DNA of 64,000 nucleotides. It comes from Octopus vulgaris (lineage: Eukaryota). The DNA lies in NCBI GenBank assembly GCA_951406725.2, contig OX597823.1, forward strand, positions 117,304,001 to 117,368,000. The letters run 5' to 3'. The notes below the pieces were generated by a model, which had not been told where the DNA came from, ran no database searches, and saw nothing but the letters and a program-made list of their open reading frames with translations. Shown here in pieces: positions 11,387-23,814 of this stretch (the first letter of the stretch is position 1; each line of letters opens with the position of its first letter). A program made the translations under genes and the position numbers.

Positions 11387-11612
11387 GTGTGTATGTTTGT
11401 GTTTGTGTGTCTGTGTTTGTCCTCCCAACGTCGCTTGACAACTGGTGCTGGTGTGTTTACATCCCCGTAACTTAGCGGTTCGGCAAAAGAGACTGATAGA
11501 ATAAGTACTAGGCTTACAAAGAATAAGTCCTGGGGTCGATTTGCTCGACTAAAGGCAGTGCTCCAGCATGGCCACAGTCAAATGACTGAAACAAATAAAA
11601 GAGTAAAAGAGT
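11168..11612 (+). mobile_element. SINE family A, full-length (tRNA-like head, central microsatellite, AAAAGAGT-repeat tail)
   Basis: A-box-like TGGCTGTGTGGT and B-box-like GGATTCAATCCC; about 15 related copies in the window. Confidence 0.9.
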
Positions 11613-11668
11613 AATACTCAACAGAAAAAACAAGAAAGAAAACATCTTGTATAACACAGTGTATGTGT

Positions 11669-11725
<57 letters not shown>

Positions 11726-11991
11726 CTGTACCTCAACCCTCCAGAAAATATATATATAGGATACTGAAGTCTGTTTATTTAACTTCTCTAGTTTGGTATC
11801 AGAAAATCTTAGCCAAACCATTCCATATAGATGTTGAACAGAAGGGGTAGCCAGCCATAGAAACCAAGTCAAATGACCTATGAAGCCGAGCTCCAAATAG
11901 GAGAAAACTTAAACTATGATGACCAGACAACCAATGTCTGTATAGAAAACAAACATAAAAATGATGATGACAATATATAAATATATATAAA

Positions 11992-12460
11992 GCTGCCATT
12001 GCTCTACATTTTAAAATTGATGTAATATTTGCATTGTTCAATTAAATGGAGTCGCATGAAACGATTGTACTGCATTACCTCTAGATATCCTTGTTGCTTA
12101 ATTTGATTGTAATCAATCACCCCATTTTGAATTATATGGCTAATACCATACTAAATTCTGGTGCCTTTAACTTAAGTACCATATTCAACTGAATCTATAT
12201 ATATACACACACATATATATATATAATCAAAATAAGCAACAAGAATAACTTCGGTAATTTGGTATGATCGTTTCATGCTACATCATTTTACTAAATGTAA
12301 GTATTACAACAGCTTTAAAATGCTGAGCACTCATCAGCCATTAATAGAGGTTGTTGCTTATTTTGATTATAATCACCCCATGGATTTATATGGATAACAC
12401 CATACAAAATTCTGGTGCATCTAACTTAAGTACCATATTCATTTGAATCTAAATTTTGCT
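11992..12460. mobile_element. Penelope pLTR-like cluster: direct copy (11992-12196), inverted copy (12222-12345), partial direct copy (12351-12460)
   Basis: 12000-12110 is homologous to the reverse complement of 12222-12330; 12091-12196 repeats at 12351-12450; perfect 21-bp inverted repeat at 12222-12242 / 12351-12371. Confidence 0.7.
12260..12340 (-). ncRNA. Type-I hammerhead ribozyme motif with intact CUGAUGA/GAAA core and long helix II
   Basis: Minus strand reads TGG CTGATGA GTGCT...CATTTTA...TAAAATG...AGCAT GAAA CGATCA TA CCA: stem I TGG/CCA, extended stem II, near-palindromic stem III. Confidence 0.7.
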
Positions 12461-12465
12461 GAACT

Positions 12466-12780
12466 TATATATATACGTATATATATGTATATATATGTAT
12501 GTATATATATATGTATGTGTATATATATATATGTATGTATATATATATATGTATGTATATATGTATGTATATATATATATGTATGTGTATATATATATGT
12601 ATGTATATATATATATATGTATGTATATATGTATGTATATATATATATATGTATATATATATATGTGTATATATGTATATGTATGTGTATATATATATGT
12701 ATGTGTATATATGTATATGTATGTGTATATATATATGTATGTGTATATATATATGTATGTATATATATATATATATTATG

Positions 12781-12822
<42 letters not shown>
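12466..12822. repeat. (TA)n/(TATG)n compound microsatellite
   Basis: Visible directly. Confidence 0.95.
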
Positions 12823-12824
<2 letters not shown>

Positions 12825-12866
12825 TCAATAAATGGTGGGGTTGTGTTGACCGCACGTGGAGAAATG

Positions 12867-13071
12867 ATAAGTAAGGAAAATTTTTTAAAAATGCAGAATG
12901 CTCAAATGAAAGAAAATTTTAATAAAATGATAAAATGATAAAATATATAAATATATATTTATAAATATATTTATATATATAAATATATATTTATATATTT
13001 TATCATTTTATCATTTTATTAAAATTTTCTTTCATTTGAGCATACTGCATTTTTAAAAAATTTTTCCTTAC

Positions 13072-13075
<4 letters not shown>
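12867..13075. repeat. Near-perfect AT-rich palindrome with ~95-bp arms
   Basis: ATAAGTAAGGAAAATTTTTTAAAAATGCAGAATGCTCAAATGAAAG... is mirrored by ...CTTTCATTTGAGCATACTGCATTTTTAAAAAATTTTTCCTTACTTAT. Confidence 0.9.
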
Positions 13076-13106
<31 letters not shown>

Positions 13107-14594
13107 TATGCCATACCACAACCCAAAATTAATATTTATATACTTGCTGCACCATAAAACCAAAAATGTGTGTCCATTGCACCACTATTCTACCCAAAAA
13201 TCTATAAATTATGAAAGATAGCTAAATCTGTTTCATCTTGTCAATACTGAGATAAAACTGAAAGCTGAACATTTGAAGATATTGTAGTCACTGATCTGTT
13301 TGTAGTTGTACAAGGGATAACCAAAGACAATTTCCAATATGAGTTGATTGAACTAAATGGAAGAATATCTTTCAAGGAAACGATTAATGCCATGCTGTGA
13401 TTGTATTAACCGCCGGCAAAGCCGTAATTTTTGAATGTTACCACTGAAAATATCAAAGAGCTTTTAAAAATAGAATTCATATTCTTCCATAATTTGGACC
13501 CAAATCTTCATTATTTTAACAGGAATTTCAAATTAGGAATGATTTTATAGCTAAATAATGTTAACTAACTTCAGTTTGCTCCCTGTAATTTTCATGTTCT
13601 ACTTCGAAAATATGGACTTGAAATTGCAACATGTTAATGCATCATTTTGCTGCAGGACACATCTGCTTTCTAATTAGACTTTCATGAGGATATAGCCGAC
13701 GTGCCGCTTTGTAGTTTGTGAACAAACAACAGCTTTTGTTGAATTGTTCAAATTGAGTTGATGAGGCCAGAGATAATGTATCAAGCAGTAATTCCATAGG
13801 TTAAAATATCAAAATGTTATCCAGAAGCAATAATGAGAATGGCAACAGCACAACTCTCACTTTCCTGCCACTACAATGAAATTATAGCTGTATGGATTAA
13901 GTGTCTGTTTAAAATTTTAATGCAAGAGAATGCAAGTTCCAATCTAAGATGTTATATGTCTTAAAAGAAAAGATAGGAAAACCCTTAATTTGACAACATG
14001 CAGTAACAAAGCATTTTTTTCTTTGCCTAAATAATTAACTTGCTTTTTAAAAACAGAGCAAAGCCAATTAAATCAAGTGAAATTTAATTACAAAGATTAC
14101 TTTGACTGTTTTAAGGCAAAAAGATAATATCAACAAGATTGAGGTTCGGATTAAGAATATGAAGGGAGCAAAACCTAGGCTACCATTTCTGCTAAGATGA
14201 TTAACCCTCATGTCAGTTATGATAGAGCAGACTCATGATCAAAGGAATTCCAACTTTCATGTCTTTTTAGAGTTTCTGAAATTATATTACATAAAGTATC
14301 TTTTTCCTGTGGGTGATCTGGCCACACTGCTGAAATCTCTGCCCTCAGTATAAATTTCTTTGATTACCAAAGGACTATGAATTTATAGGATTTGGTAGGG
14401 GCAATCATTTGACTCTACCCAAGTAAATGACTCACAATGACTTCAGTGACACAAGGAGGATAAAAGCCAGATCAATTTCTGAGGAATTTAAATCCTGAAT
14501 AGAGACAGAAAGAGTCACATACTATCAGAGTCAGGCACTGTACCATCTTCACCATTACTGCCAGAAATATGTATTGCCAAACAGGCACAATACC

Positions 14595-14827
14595 TATTTC
14601 TTTATTACCCACAAGGGGCTAAACACAGAGAGGACAAACAAGGACAGACAAACGGATTAAGTCGATAATATCGACCCCAGTGCATAACTGGTACTTATTA
14701 AATCGACCCCACAAGGATGAAAGGCAAAGTCAACCTCGGCGGAATTTGAACTCAGAATGTAGCGGCAGACGAAATACTGCTAAGCATTTCGCCCGGTGTG
14801 CTAACGTTTCTGCCAGCTCATCGCCTT
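14595..14827 (-). mobile_element. SINE family E, young full-length copy with an 18-bp TSD
   Basis: CCAAACAGGCACAATACC at 14577-14594 and 14828-14845. Confidence 0.9.
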
Positions 14828-14929
14828 CCAAACAGGCACAATACCATCTGTACTACTACAGAGAGAACAGTGTATTCTCACAGAGTCTTGTGTCAGAAAG
14901 AGACTCTCTGGAAAACATAATCTTATTTG

Positions 14930-15245
14930 AACCACAAAATTTTAATTTATCCTCAACTGCTGCGGTGGCTAACTCATTGAATTTCTTGAAGATGTCACCC
15001 AAATCACAGATGCTGGTTCATGATTGGTGTTATTTACCTCGATTTTACCAAAGCCTTTAATTCTGTGCCATTCGAGCAACGAATGGCAAAGCCCTCTGTA
15101 ATGAGTGTAAGGGATGATCTTTTTAACTGGTTAACATCCTTAATTCTCAGTTCAAAAGAGCTAGTCAGGAAGATAAGACAACGTTCCGGACCCTGTGTAG
15201 TGCCACGTAGAGTTTCATGGAGATCTGTTCTTTATTGCATATATT
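14930..15245 (+). mobile_element. CR1-like LINE RT fragment
   Basis: VIYLDFTKAFNSVP...LFNWLTSLI resembles the CR1 motif DVIYLDFxKAFDSVPH...LLxWIxxFL. Confidence 0.7.
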
Positions 15246-15280
15246 AATGAAACAGATGCCAACTTGTAGCAAGTTAGACA

Positions 15281-15977
<697 letters not shown>

Positions 15978-15996
15978 GGGAGAGAGAGATTGACAG

Positions 15997-16152
15997 CAGG
16001 TTTCTTATAGTTTCCATCTACTAAATTCACTGACAGAGCTTTAGATGGACTGTGAATATACCAGAAGATACTTGTCCAATGTGCTGAATGGTGGGACTGA
16101 AACTAAGACCACATGGTTGGGAAGCAAACTTCTTAACCACACAGCCATGCCT
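15997..16152 (-). mobile_element. SINE family A, 5' half, diverged
   Basis: Reverse complement of the family A head (...GGGACTGAAAC...CTTCTTAACCACACAGCCA). Confidence 0.7.
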
Positions 16153-16273
16153 ATGAATTATATTTACATAAAATATAAAGCATGTGATATCCCAATGTTA
16201 TTTTCTATCCATGTATGGATATATACATATATATATATATATATATACACATACATATATATATATATACATG

Positions 16274-16316
<43 letters not shown>

Positions 16317-16332
16317 GCATACATATATATAT

Positions 16333-16388
<56 letters not shown>

Positions 16389-16392
16389 ATAC

Positions 16393-16426
<34 letters not shown>

Positions 16427-16622
16427 GGAGAGAGATGTACATATATATGTATGTATGTATGCATGTATAAATATACATATATATGCATATGTATATATGC
16501 ACGCACGCACGCACTCACATACACATACATGCATAATCCTATCTAATATTTATAGCATATGTAATATATATAAAACATATTAATTTATTTATGATCAAAT
16601 ACATGAAGGACATACATACATT

Positions 16623-16668
<46 letters not shown>

Positions 16669-17182
16669 ATCATATGCAGATACACACAAATCCAAACAAA
16701 ATTTGCAAGACATAAATACTCACTAACTCTATGTACATTGCTTATAAGCACACCCAGAATTATACATACATAGCACAGATATTAATCTAATGTATATTTA
16801 ATGTTATGAAACAGTACAAGTTAGTGTAATATAAAGCAGACAACTGCGGCTCTTGTGGCTGCAGTGTTGTATCTTATGATGCAGTAATTGAGCTGCAGGC
16901 TTGAAGTTACTGCAAACAGTACAAGCAGCAACAGCTATGTATCGTACATATGTAGATGCATATGAACTCACGTACGCACTTCCATATATATATATATTTA
17001 CAAGCATACATATACACACACACAACTAGAGTGAGAGGTGGGTGGAGAAACTTCAGCCAAGACAAATTTTATTATTCTTGGTCTATTTTACTTGCATATA
17101 ATTAAATTTATAAATGTATACACGTAAAAATGTCCACACATGAGCATGCAAACACACATACACAGACTCTTACATTTACACA

Positions 17183-17224
<42 letters not shown>

Positions 17225-17279
17225 GTGTGTGTATGTTTATTCTTTTATTCTTTTACTTGTTTCAGCCATACAGCTGCAG

Positions 17280-17945
17280 TCATGGGGTCTTTCTGATTTC
17301 TTCAGTCTGGGGCATTTCACATCACCACTCTTGTATATGCTTTTCTCTCAGCTGGTGTATGACCCATTTGGTGTATGAAGGTATTCCACTGCCCTCGTCT
17401 GCCCCACATGTCAGGCTGTTGGTTCATCCAGTATTATGGAGAGGAGAGTATCTAGTTCCTTTTTGAAGATATCTACTTCCACCTTATGCAGATTTTTTAA
17501 TTTTTGTAGTAGGGTATGAACCCTAGACTATTGCGGTACCTGGTCCTGAATTTAGATGGAGTGTATGGTACCTTTGGTACAATACAATAGCAGCCAGTTT
17601 TAGCATTTGTATAACACTCAGTGCTGAAATTAGGTACTAGCCCTTCTAGAGTTTTCTGTATGTAGATTATTGCATATCTCTCATGCCTTTGCTCCAGGGA
17701 GTAAAGTTGCAGTTTTCTCAGCCTATCCCTGTAGCTCATGCACTGCACTATGTCAACCATTTTAGTGTGGTAGCGTTGGACTGCCTCTAGCTCTACTGTT
17801 AGTTTGGCACTAGGTGGTGACCATAACTAGGAGAAGTTGTCCAGATGGCTGAGAACAAAGGTTCTTCACAGGGTCAAATTAGTATTTTGGTCTCTTGTCT
17901 TGAAGGACAGTTGTCTGCACTTTGCTGCCATCTTAGTAATGTATA
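17280..17945 (-). mobile_element. CR1-like LINE 3' fragment
   Basis: LSHLDNFS*LWSP...LEAVQR...MSYRDRLRKLQLYSLEQRHERYAIIY is a typical CR1 C-terminus. Confidence 0.75.
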
Positions 17946-17965
17946 TTTGAATATAAATATATATA

Positions 17966-18790
17966 TGAGGGAGTACCCAAAAGTAAATGGATACATTTAC
18001 TATGGGACAAGCCTGTTGTAGTTCAGGCTTCTGCCACTACAAACCACTTGACGCAACCCTCAGGCATCAGTCTGCCGACAGGCAGGTCGGGCTATTTTAC
18101 CACATGGTGTATCTTTGTTTTGCAGTATTTTTCCCCTGTTCATCGATTTTTGCGGTGTCTGAAATGAAGGAACAGCATCTTTCCATAAATTCTGTTTTCT
18201 GCAGGGGAAAGCAGTTGTCATACTTCAAACAGCTTACAAGGATGCTGCCATGAGTGAAACACAAGCTTACGAGAGGTTTCCATGCTTAAGGAATGGCCAC
18301 TTGTCACTTGAAGACCAACCTCGTTCAGGACGACCATCAACCTCTCAAACAAATGACGACATCATAAAAATTCATGAACTGATCTTGGAGGACTGCCACC
18401 TAATGATTGATAAACTAGTTGATATGACTGGTGTGTCTTGAAGCTCTTGTCAATGAGTTTTGTGTAAGGAATTGCAAATGAAGGGAGTTGCAGCAAAATT
18501 TGTGTTTTGCTTTCTCATGGAAGATCGAAAGCAATCTTGACTGAGTGTAGGTGCTGGGTTGAAAGAACAGTTGGAAGTTGATCCAGACCTCTTTTGAAGG
18601 TCATCACTGATGATGGAAGAAGTGAGAAAAATAACGATGGAGGCATTAAAAGGTATCACTTTGCAAGAGTGGCAAATGTGCTTGGACCGGTACATTGCTT
18701 CAAATGGATAATTCTTTGACGGTGATAAAAGTACAAACATGTGAATAGAAGAATATTGCAAAATTCCAGTTTCTTTTGGATACCCCTTTG
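17966..18790 (+). mobile_element. Mariner relic, internally deleted, with imperfect TIRs
   Basis: Ends GAGGGAGTACCCAAAAGTAAATGGA / TCCAGTTTCTTTTGGATACCCCT; HTH remnant SLEDQPRSGRPSTS; stop codons; catalytic domain largely absent. Confidence 0.8.
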
Positions 18791-18863
18791 AATATACATA
18801 TTATATATTATGTAAGTATTCTACAGGAATTATGTATATATATACATATATATATATATATAT

Positions 18864-19050
18864 ACTCTTTTATTTGTTTCAGTCATTTGACTGTGGCCAT
18901 GCTGGAGCATTGCATTTAGTCAAGCAAATCAACCCCAGAACTTATTCTTTGTAAGCTTAGTACTTATTCTATCGGTCTGTTTTGCTGAACTGCTAAGTTA
19001 TGGGGACGTAAACACACCAGCATCGGTTGTCAAACGATGTTGGGGGACAA

Positions 19051-19097
<47 letters not shown>

Positions 19098-19264
19098 TAC
19101 GACGGGCTTCTTTCAGTTTCTGTCTACCAAATCCACTCACAAGGCTTTGGTCGGCCCAAGGCTATAGTAGAAGACACTTGCCCAAGGTGCCACACAGTGG
19201 GACTGAACCCAGAACCATGTGGTTCATAAGCAAGCTACTTACCACACAGCCACTCCTACGCCTA
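18864..19264 (-). mobile_element. SINE family A, full-length
   Basis: Reverse complement of 11168-11612. Confidence 0.9.
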
Positions 19265-19469
19265 TATATTATGCAAATATTACACGTGTATTATGCATAT
19301 ATTATAGATAGGCATGGCTGTCGAGAAGGAAGTTTACCTCCCAACCACATTACTCCAACTGCATGGCCTTTTGTGAGTGGATTTAATCCTCCCGTGTGAG
19401 TTTGTGGTTGTGTGTGCGGTGTTTGTGTGAGTGAATGTGTGTGTTTTATCTGCTTGTCTTGCCATCATT

Positions 19470-19680
19470 CACTAATTATAATGACAAAGCCGCTGCTCAT
19501 ACAAAACTGATATTATTTGTTTGTCTTTCATGGCCAGACTAAGGGAAACATTACCTTACTTGGAAATAGATGAGGGTTGGCAACAGGAAGAGCATCCAGC
19601 TACAAAAAATAAACTTCGATGAATTTCCTGTGATCCATGCAACTTGGATACAAGGTTGTTAAACAGATAATAATGATGAC
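19470..19680 (+). mobile_element. Old SINE related to family C, 3' part
   Basis: GGGTTGGCAACAGGAAGAGCATCCAGCTACAAAA motif and a TAA/GAT-repeat tail. Confidence 0.5.
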
Positions 19681-19699
19681 ATATTTTGATTGGATGTTA

Positions 19700-20055
19700 A
19701 ACTCTATTCACATAACTACTTGTGGCATCATTCACCCTGGGCGGGTTGAGTCGGCTGCTTCTACCATGGAATAAGTTTCGTGGGAATCTGTGGATTTCAC
19801 AAGCAGTCCCCAACAATCCCACATGTAGAGACATCCTGTTCGCCGCAGATTGTCTGCAGACGCAGGGACAGAATGACCGAGGAGCCGCTAGTTGCCGAAA
19901 CATACACTCCAAGGCCCTAAAACCACTCGTGTCAGACCAATCAGCCTTCGGTGGCCCTACCAGGAACTGAAGTTCCCGACGGCATAGCTCTGACACTACC
20001 CGTTGCCAGCGTCCCCACCACGGTGAGGAGGGGATGGACTTTGGGGACGCAATTC
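19700..20055 (-). mobile_element. GC-rich segment resembling an RTE (BovB/Expander-like) LINE 5' UTR
   Basis: Minus strand CACCGTGTGGTGGGG...GAGCTATGCCGTCGGG...CCTGGTAGGGCCACC resembles RTE 5' UTR motifs as I recall them; GCGTCCCCA/TGGGGACGC stem near its 5' end. Confidence 0.5.
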
Positions 20056-20865
20056 ACTTAAGTCAGAAGACATGGGGTCATAAGATATTCTTGCTTTTCT
20101 CCAATGTCTTTAGAAACAGCAGAGGAAAATTATGAAATGAATTCCAGTCAGGGATTGAACTGATATGCTCGACTTTTTTTTATTGATACCCTACCTCTTG
20201 TTTTATATGATGTTCACCACCCTAAGGCAGATAAGGAACTGAACTTTAAAATTGAAAATATGAACATTTATTTCGCAAAAACTTTTTCAAGAAATGTACT
20301 TGGAACTTGCTTATTTTTCTTTATTTTTTTGCTAAGTTTTTAAATTGTCGTTATTTCTGTTTTCTCTGAGGCTTAAAACTGTTTTGATAATCCTGGCTGT
20401 TGGTGGATTTGCTATTTCATTTCTATTCAATGTGTAACATTAACCTCTTATTAAACTTTCATTCCTTGCTTCTATTTTATTTTATTTTAACAGATTATTA
20501 CAGTTGTTCTTCTAACCAGTTATTGTAGTATGTCTTTAACAAATATGCAAAATCTATAGACACACACATTTAAAAATCACATGCATGCACACACACACAC
20601 ACACATACACAGAAATAGGAAAAGTGAAAAAAAAAAGGAAGAAAAATTAAATGTCTATAACAATGAAAGAAAAAAAAATTCCCCCAGAAATGACCAAAAC
20701 CTGACATGATTGGTATATTTTGAAATTGAAATGAAAATTCAGAAAACAAAAATTTTAAGCTGCTTATTGCATCAAAATTATTTTCTTCCCCAAGCTTCAA
20801 AAATCATAAAAGGTAAAATAATTACAAATTTCTAATAATGATAATAATAATAAGGGTGATGATGA

Positions 20866-21217
20866 ATTCTTTTATTTGCCAGCAGGGCACTGGGAAAATG
20901 GGACAAGCACAAAGACATACATAAATTATTGGAATTTATACAGAAAATGGAATGAGAAAAATAATCCATGAACTTCAAGTATAGATGGTACACAAATAAT
21001 AAAAGAGGGCAATGCCGTCCTCCTGATGCTGAGGGACCTCCATCTAGTGTGCCAATCAAAGAATCCCACAGATCCAAAACTTCCCTGGACACGAAGGACA
21101 AATGTTCTCTCTTTGGTTTTTGTTTTCCAATTTACAGGTCTATACATAGGGTGGTGCCATCTATTCATGCCATTTTCACCATTCTCACCTTTTTTGAATA
21201 AATATACTTGAGGGTAG

Positions 21218-21258
<41 letters not shown>

Positions 21259-21480
21259 ATTCTTACCGTCTTTTTCAAGTGAAACTAAAAAAGTCCACGA
21301 CAGCTCTACCGGAAAGGAAAGACTCTGTCTTCAGACCTTTCAACCTTGTCCACAATGCTACCACTTTTTCTATAGCCACCAGACAGAAGAATACTGCTTT
21401 CCTTGTCCATAATTGTTGAAAAAGGATGTGAGCCGTTGCACTCCAGGCATCTTGGTCTTACTAATGGCTAACACAAATAT
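20866..21480 (-). mobile_element. Decayed Tx1/L1-clade-like LINE 3' end with 3' UTR
   Basis: Frameshifted remnants PRCLEC...AVFFCLVAIEKVVALWTRLKGLKTESFLSG...FHLKKTVR; ends GCCCTGCTGGCAAATAAAAGAAT. Confidence 0.55.
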
Positions 21481-21885
21481 GTCAAGCAACCTTAGGCCAC
21501 AGAACAAGTGACCTTGCTTTCAAGCTGATCCTAAATTGCATGCATTTATACTCATAACTCTGAGTACAGCTATATTTGCAGAGAAGGAAAATGGAGTGTT
21601 TACTCATCCTGGCCTTTCTTAAGGGGAAAACATCAAATTGATGTTTTTTGATGTAATGGTTGGATTCCTTTCTATAAAAAGCCAAACACTGCATCTTTAG
21701 GCATCTGCAAGTTTCTAAGTCAATTTTATTATTAAGCTGGTGGGGAAGAGCTTTCTAAATTCTCTTCCACTTGAGTAAATATTTTTATTGTTCATCACTT
21801 CTTCCATTAATTCATCAAAAACGAATAACGGTGAAGTTAATCTGATACAAGAGCACTGCTTTTGTGTGCTGGGTTGTTGCTGATG

Positions 21886-22110
21886 TTTTACTCTTACTTG
21901 TTTCAGTCATTTGACTGCAGCCATGCTGGAGCACCGCCTTTAGTCAAGCAAATTGACCCCAGGACTCATTCTTTGTAAGACTAGTACTTATTCTATCAGT
22001 CTCTTTTGCCAAACCGCTAAGTTATGGGGACATAAACACACCAGCATCGGTTGTCAAGCGATGTTAGGGGAACAAACACAGACACACAAACAAACACACA
22101 CACACATACA

Positions 22111-22186
<76 letters not shown>

Positions 22187-22364
22187 CATATACATATATA
22201 CGAAGGGCTTCTTTCAATTTCTGTCTACCAAATCCACTCACAAGGCTTTGGTTGGCCCGAGGCTATAATAGAAAATACTTGCCCAAGGTGCCACGCAGTG
22301 GGACTGAACCCAGAACCATGTGGTTTGTAAGCAAGCTACTTACCACACTGCCACTCCTGTGCCT
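21886..22364 (-). mobile_element. SINE family A, full-length
   Basis: Reverse complement of 11168-11612 with an expanded CA/TA centre. Confidence 0.9.
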
Positions 22365-22656
22365 ATATGTTGTGAGCAAAGTTTTATTTTATCTTTTATA
22401 ATTGTGGTTGTGTTTATAATTTCTGCTTACTATCTTGTCTATTGTTTTTGTTGTTGTTTTTGTTCTGGTAATGGTACAAGTGTGTTGTAATCTCGGGGAG
22501 CGTTTAGTACCTCTTTGATTTTACTGGTATTTACTTTGGGCCATGTTCCCTGATAGTTGGGGAGGAATATGAGTTTGATACTGAGTGTGCAGCTGTTCTG
22601 CAGTTTGGCAGGAAAAGCATTGCTGAAATATTTCCTTTACAATAAGATCTGTTTGT

Positions 22657-22975
22657 TGTTGATGTTGTTGTTGTTTGTTCCTTCTTGAGCCATGCCTGGC
22701 TGATAAGGGCCAGTTTCCCGGTTTCATTGGCATATAAGTTCCCCCCACCTGGATGAGTCGCCAGCCCGCTGCAGGTGACTCGCTAGATGCAGGAGGAAAG
22801 AGTGAGAGAAAGTTGTGGCAAAAGAGTCAGCAGAAGTTCACCATCACCTTCTATTGAAGCCACATGGAGCTTAGATATTTTGCTCATAAACACGCACATC
22901 GCTTGGTCTGAGATTTGAACCCATGATCCCTTGACCGCAGTCCACTGCTTTAACCACTAGGCCATGTGCCTCCAC
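22657..22975 (-). mobile_element. SINE family B with (CAA)n tail and a 13-bp TSD
   Basis: AAGATCTGTTTGT at 22644-22656 and 22976-22988; head GGAGGCACATGGCCTAGTGGTTA. Confidence 0.85.
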
Positions 22976-23580
22976 AAGATCTGTTTGTGGGCTCTGTTAT
23001 TGTTCTGAGGACATCTGATAGTCTTGTTGCTGTTATTGCCACTGCAGTGCTTTTGTTTTGTTGTTGATATTACTGCTACTACTTCTCTTGTTGTAGTTTT
23101 CACTGCTGCTCCCGACATTCTCAGTGTTGTTTATTCTACATCTGCTGATGCTGATGCAATTTCCGTTGTTCTTATGGATGTTTCGTTTTATTGTTGATTT
23201 TCTCTTGGTTGTTTTAACTTAATACTTTTCACTCCCTGTGCATTATATTTCTCTCCAGTGATTATTCAGATGTCTCCAAAGGAGCCTGTGTTATTTTTTC
23301 AAGAAAATTGAAAATTTGGCATGACAAAATTTAAAAGGCAACAAACACCCCCCCTACCCCTGGTGTGAGTGGAGAATCAAACAAAACAAAAAAACTCACA
23401 GTAAACAGTGGGTTCATTTCTCTATATAAGTGAAAAAATTTCAAGCCAAGTAGATTCCAATCCAGGTAAAAGATTTGAAATATTCAAAAAATTTTATTGA
23501 ACCAAGATAAACCATGACTTTCCCATCAATTTCAACAACAATAATAATTATTATTATTAATAATATTGATAATAATGATA

Positions 23581-23780
23581 ATCCTTTCTATTACAGGCAC
23601 ACAGCCTGAAATTTGGGGGAGGGGACAGTTGGTTATGTTAGCCCCTGTGCTCAACTGATGCTTATTTCATCGGCCCCAAAAAGATGAAAGGCAAAGTTGA
23701 CTCTGGCAGAATTTGAACTCAGAACATAACAACTAAGCATTTTGCCCAGTGCACTAATGATTCTGATAGCTCACCACCTT
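23581..23780 (-). mobile_element. SINE family E embedded in (AAT)n
   Basis: Family E core; AAT repeats on both sides. Confidence 0.8.
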
Positions 23781-23781
23781 G

Positions 23782-23814
<33 letters not shown>

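Noticed and set aside
21262-21480. Minus-strand exon ending at a GTAAG donor
   Set aside because: Stops in all frames; better explained as decayed LINE coding sequence.
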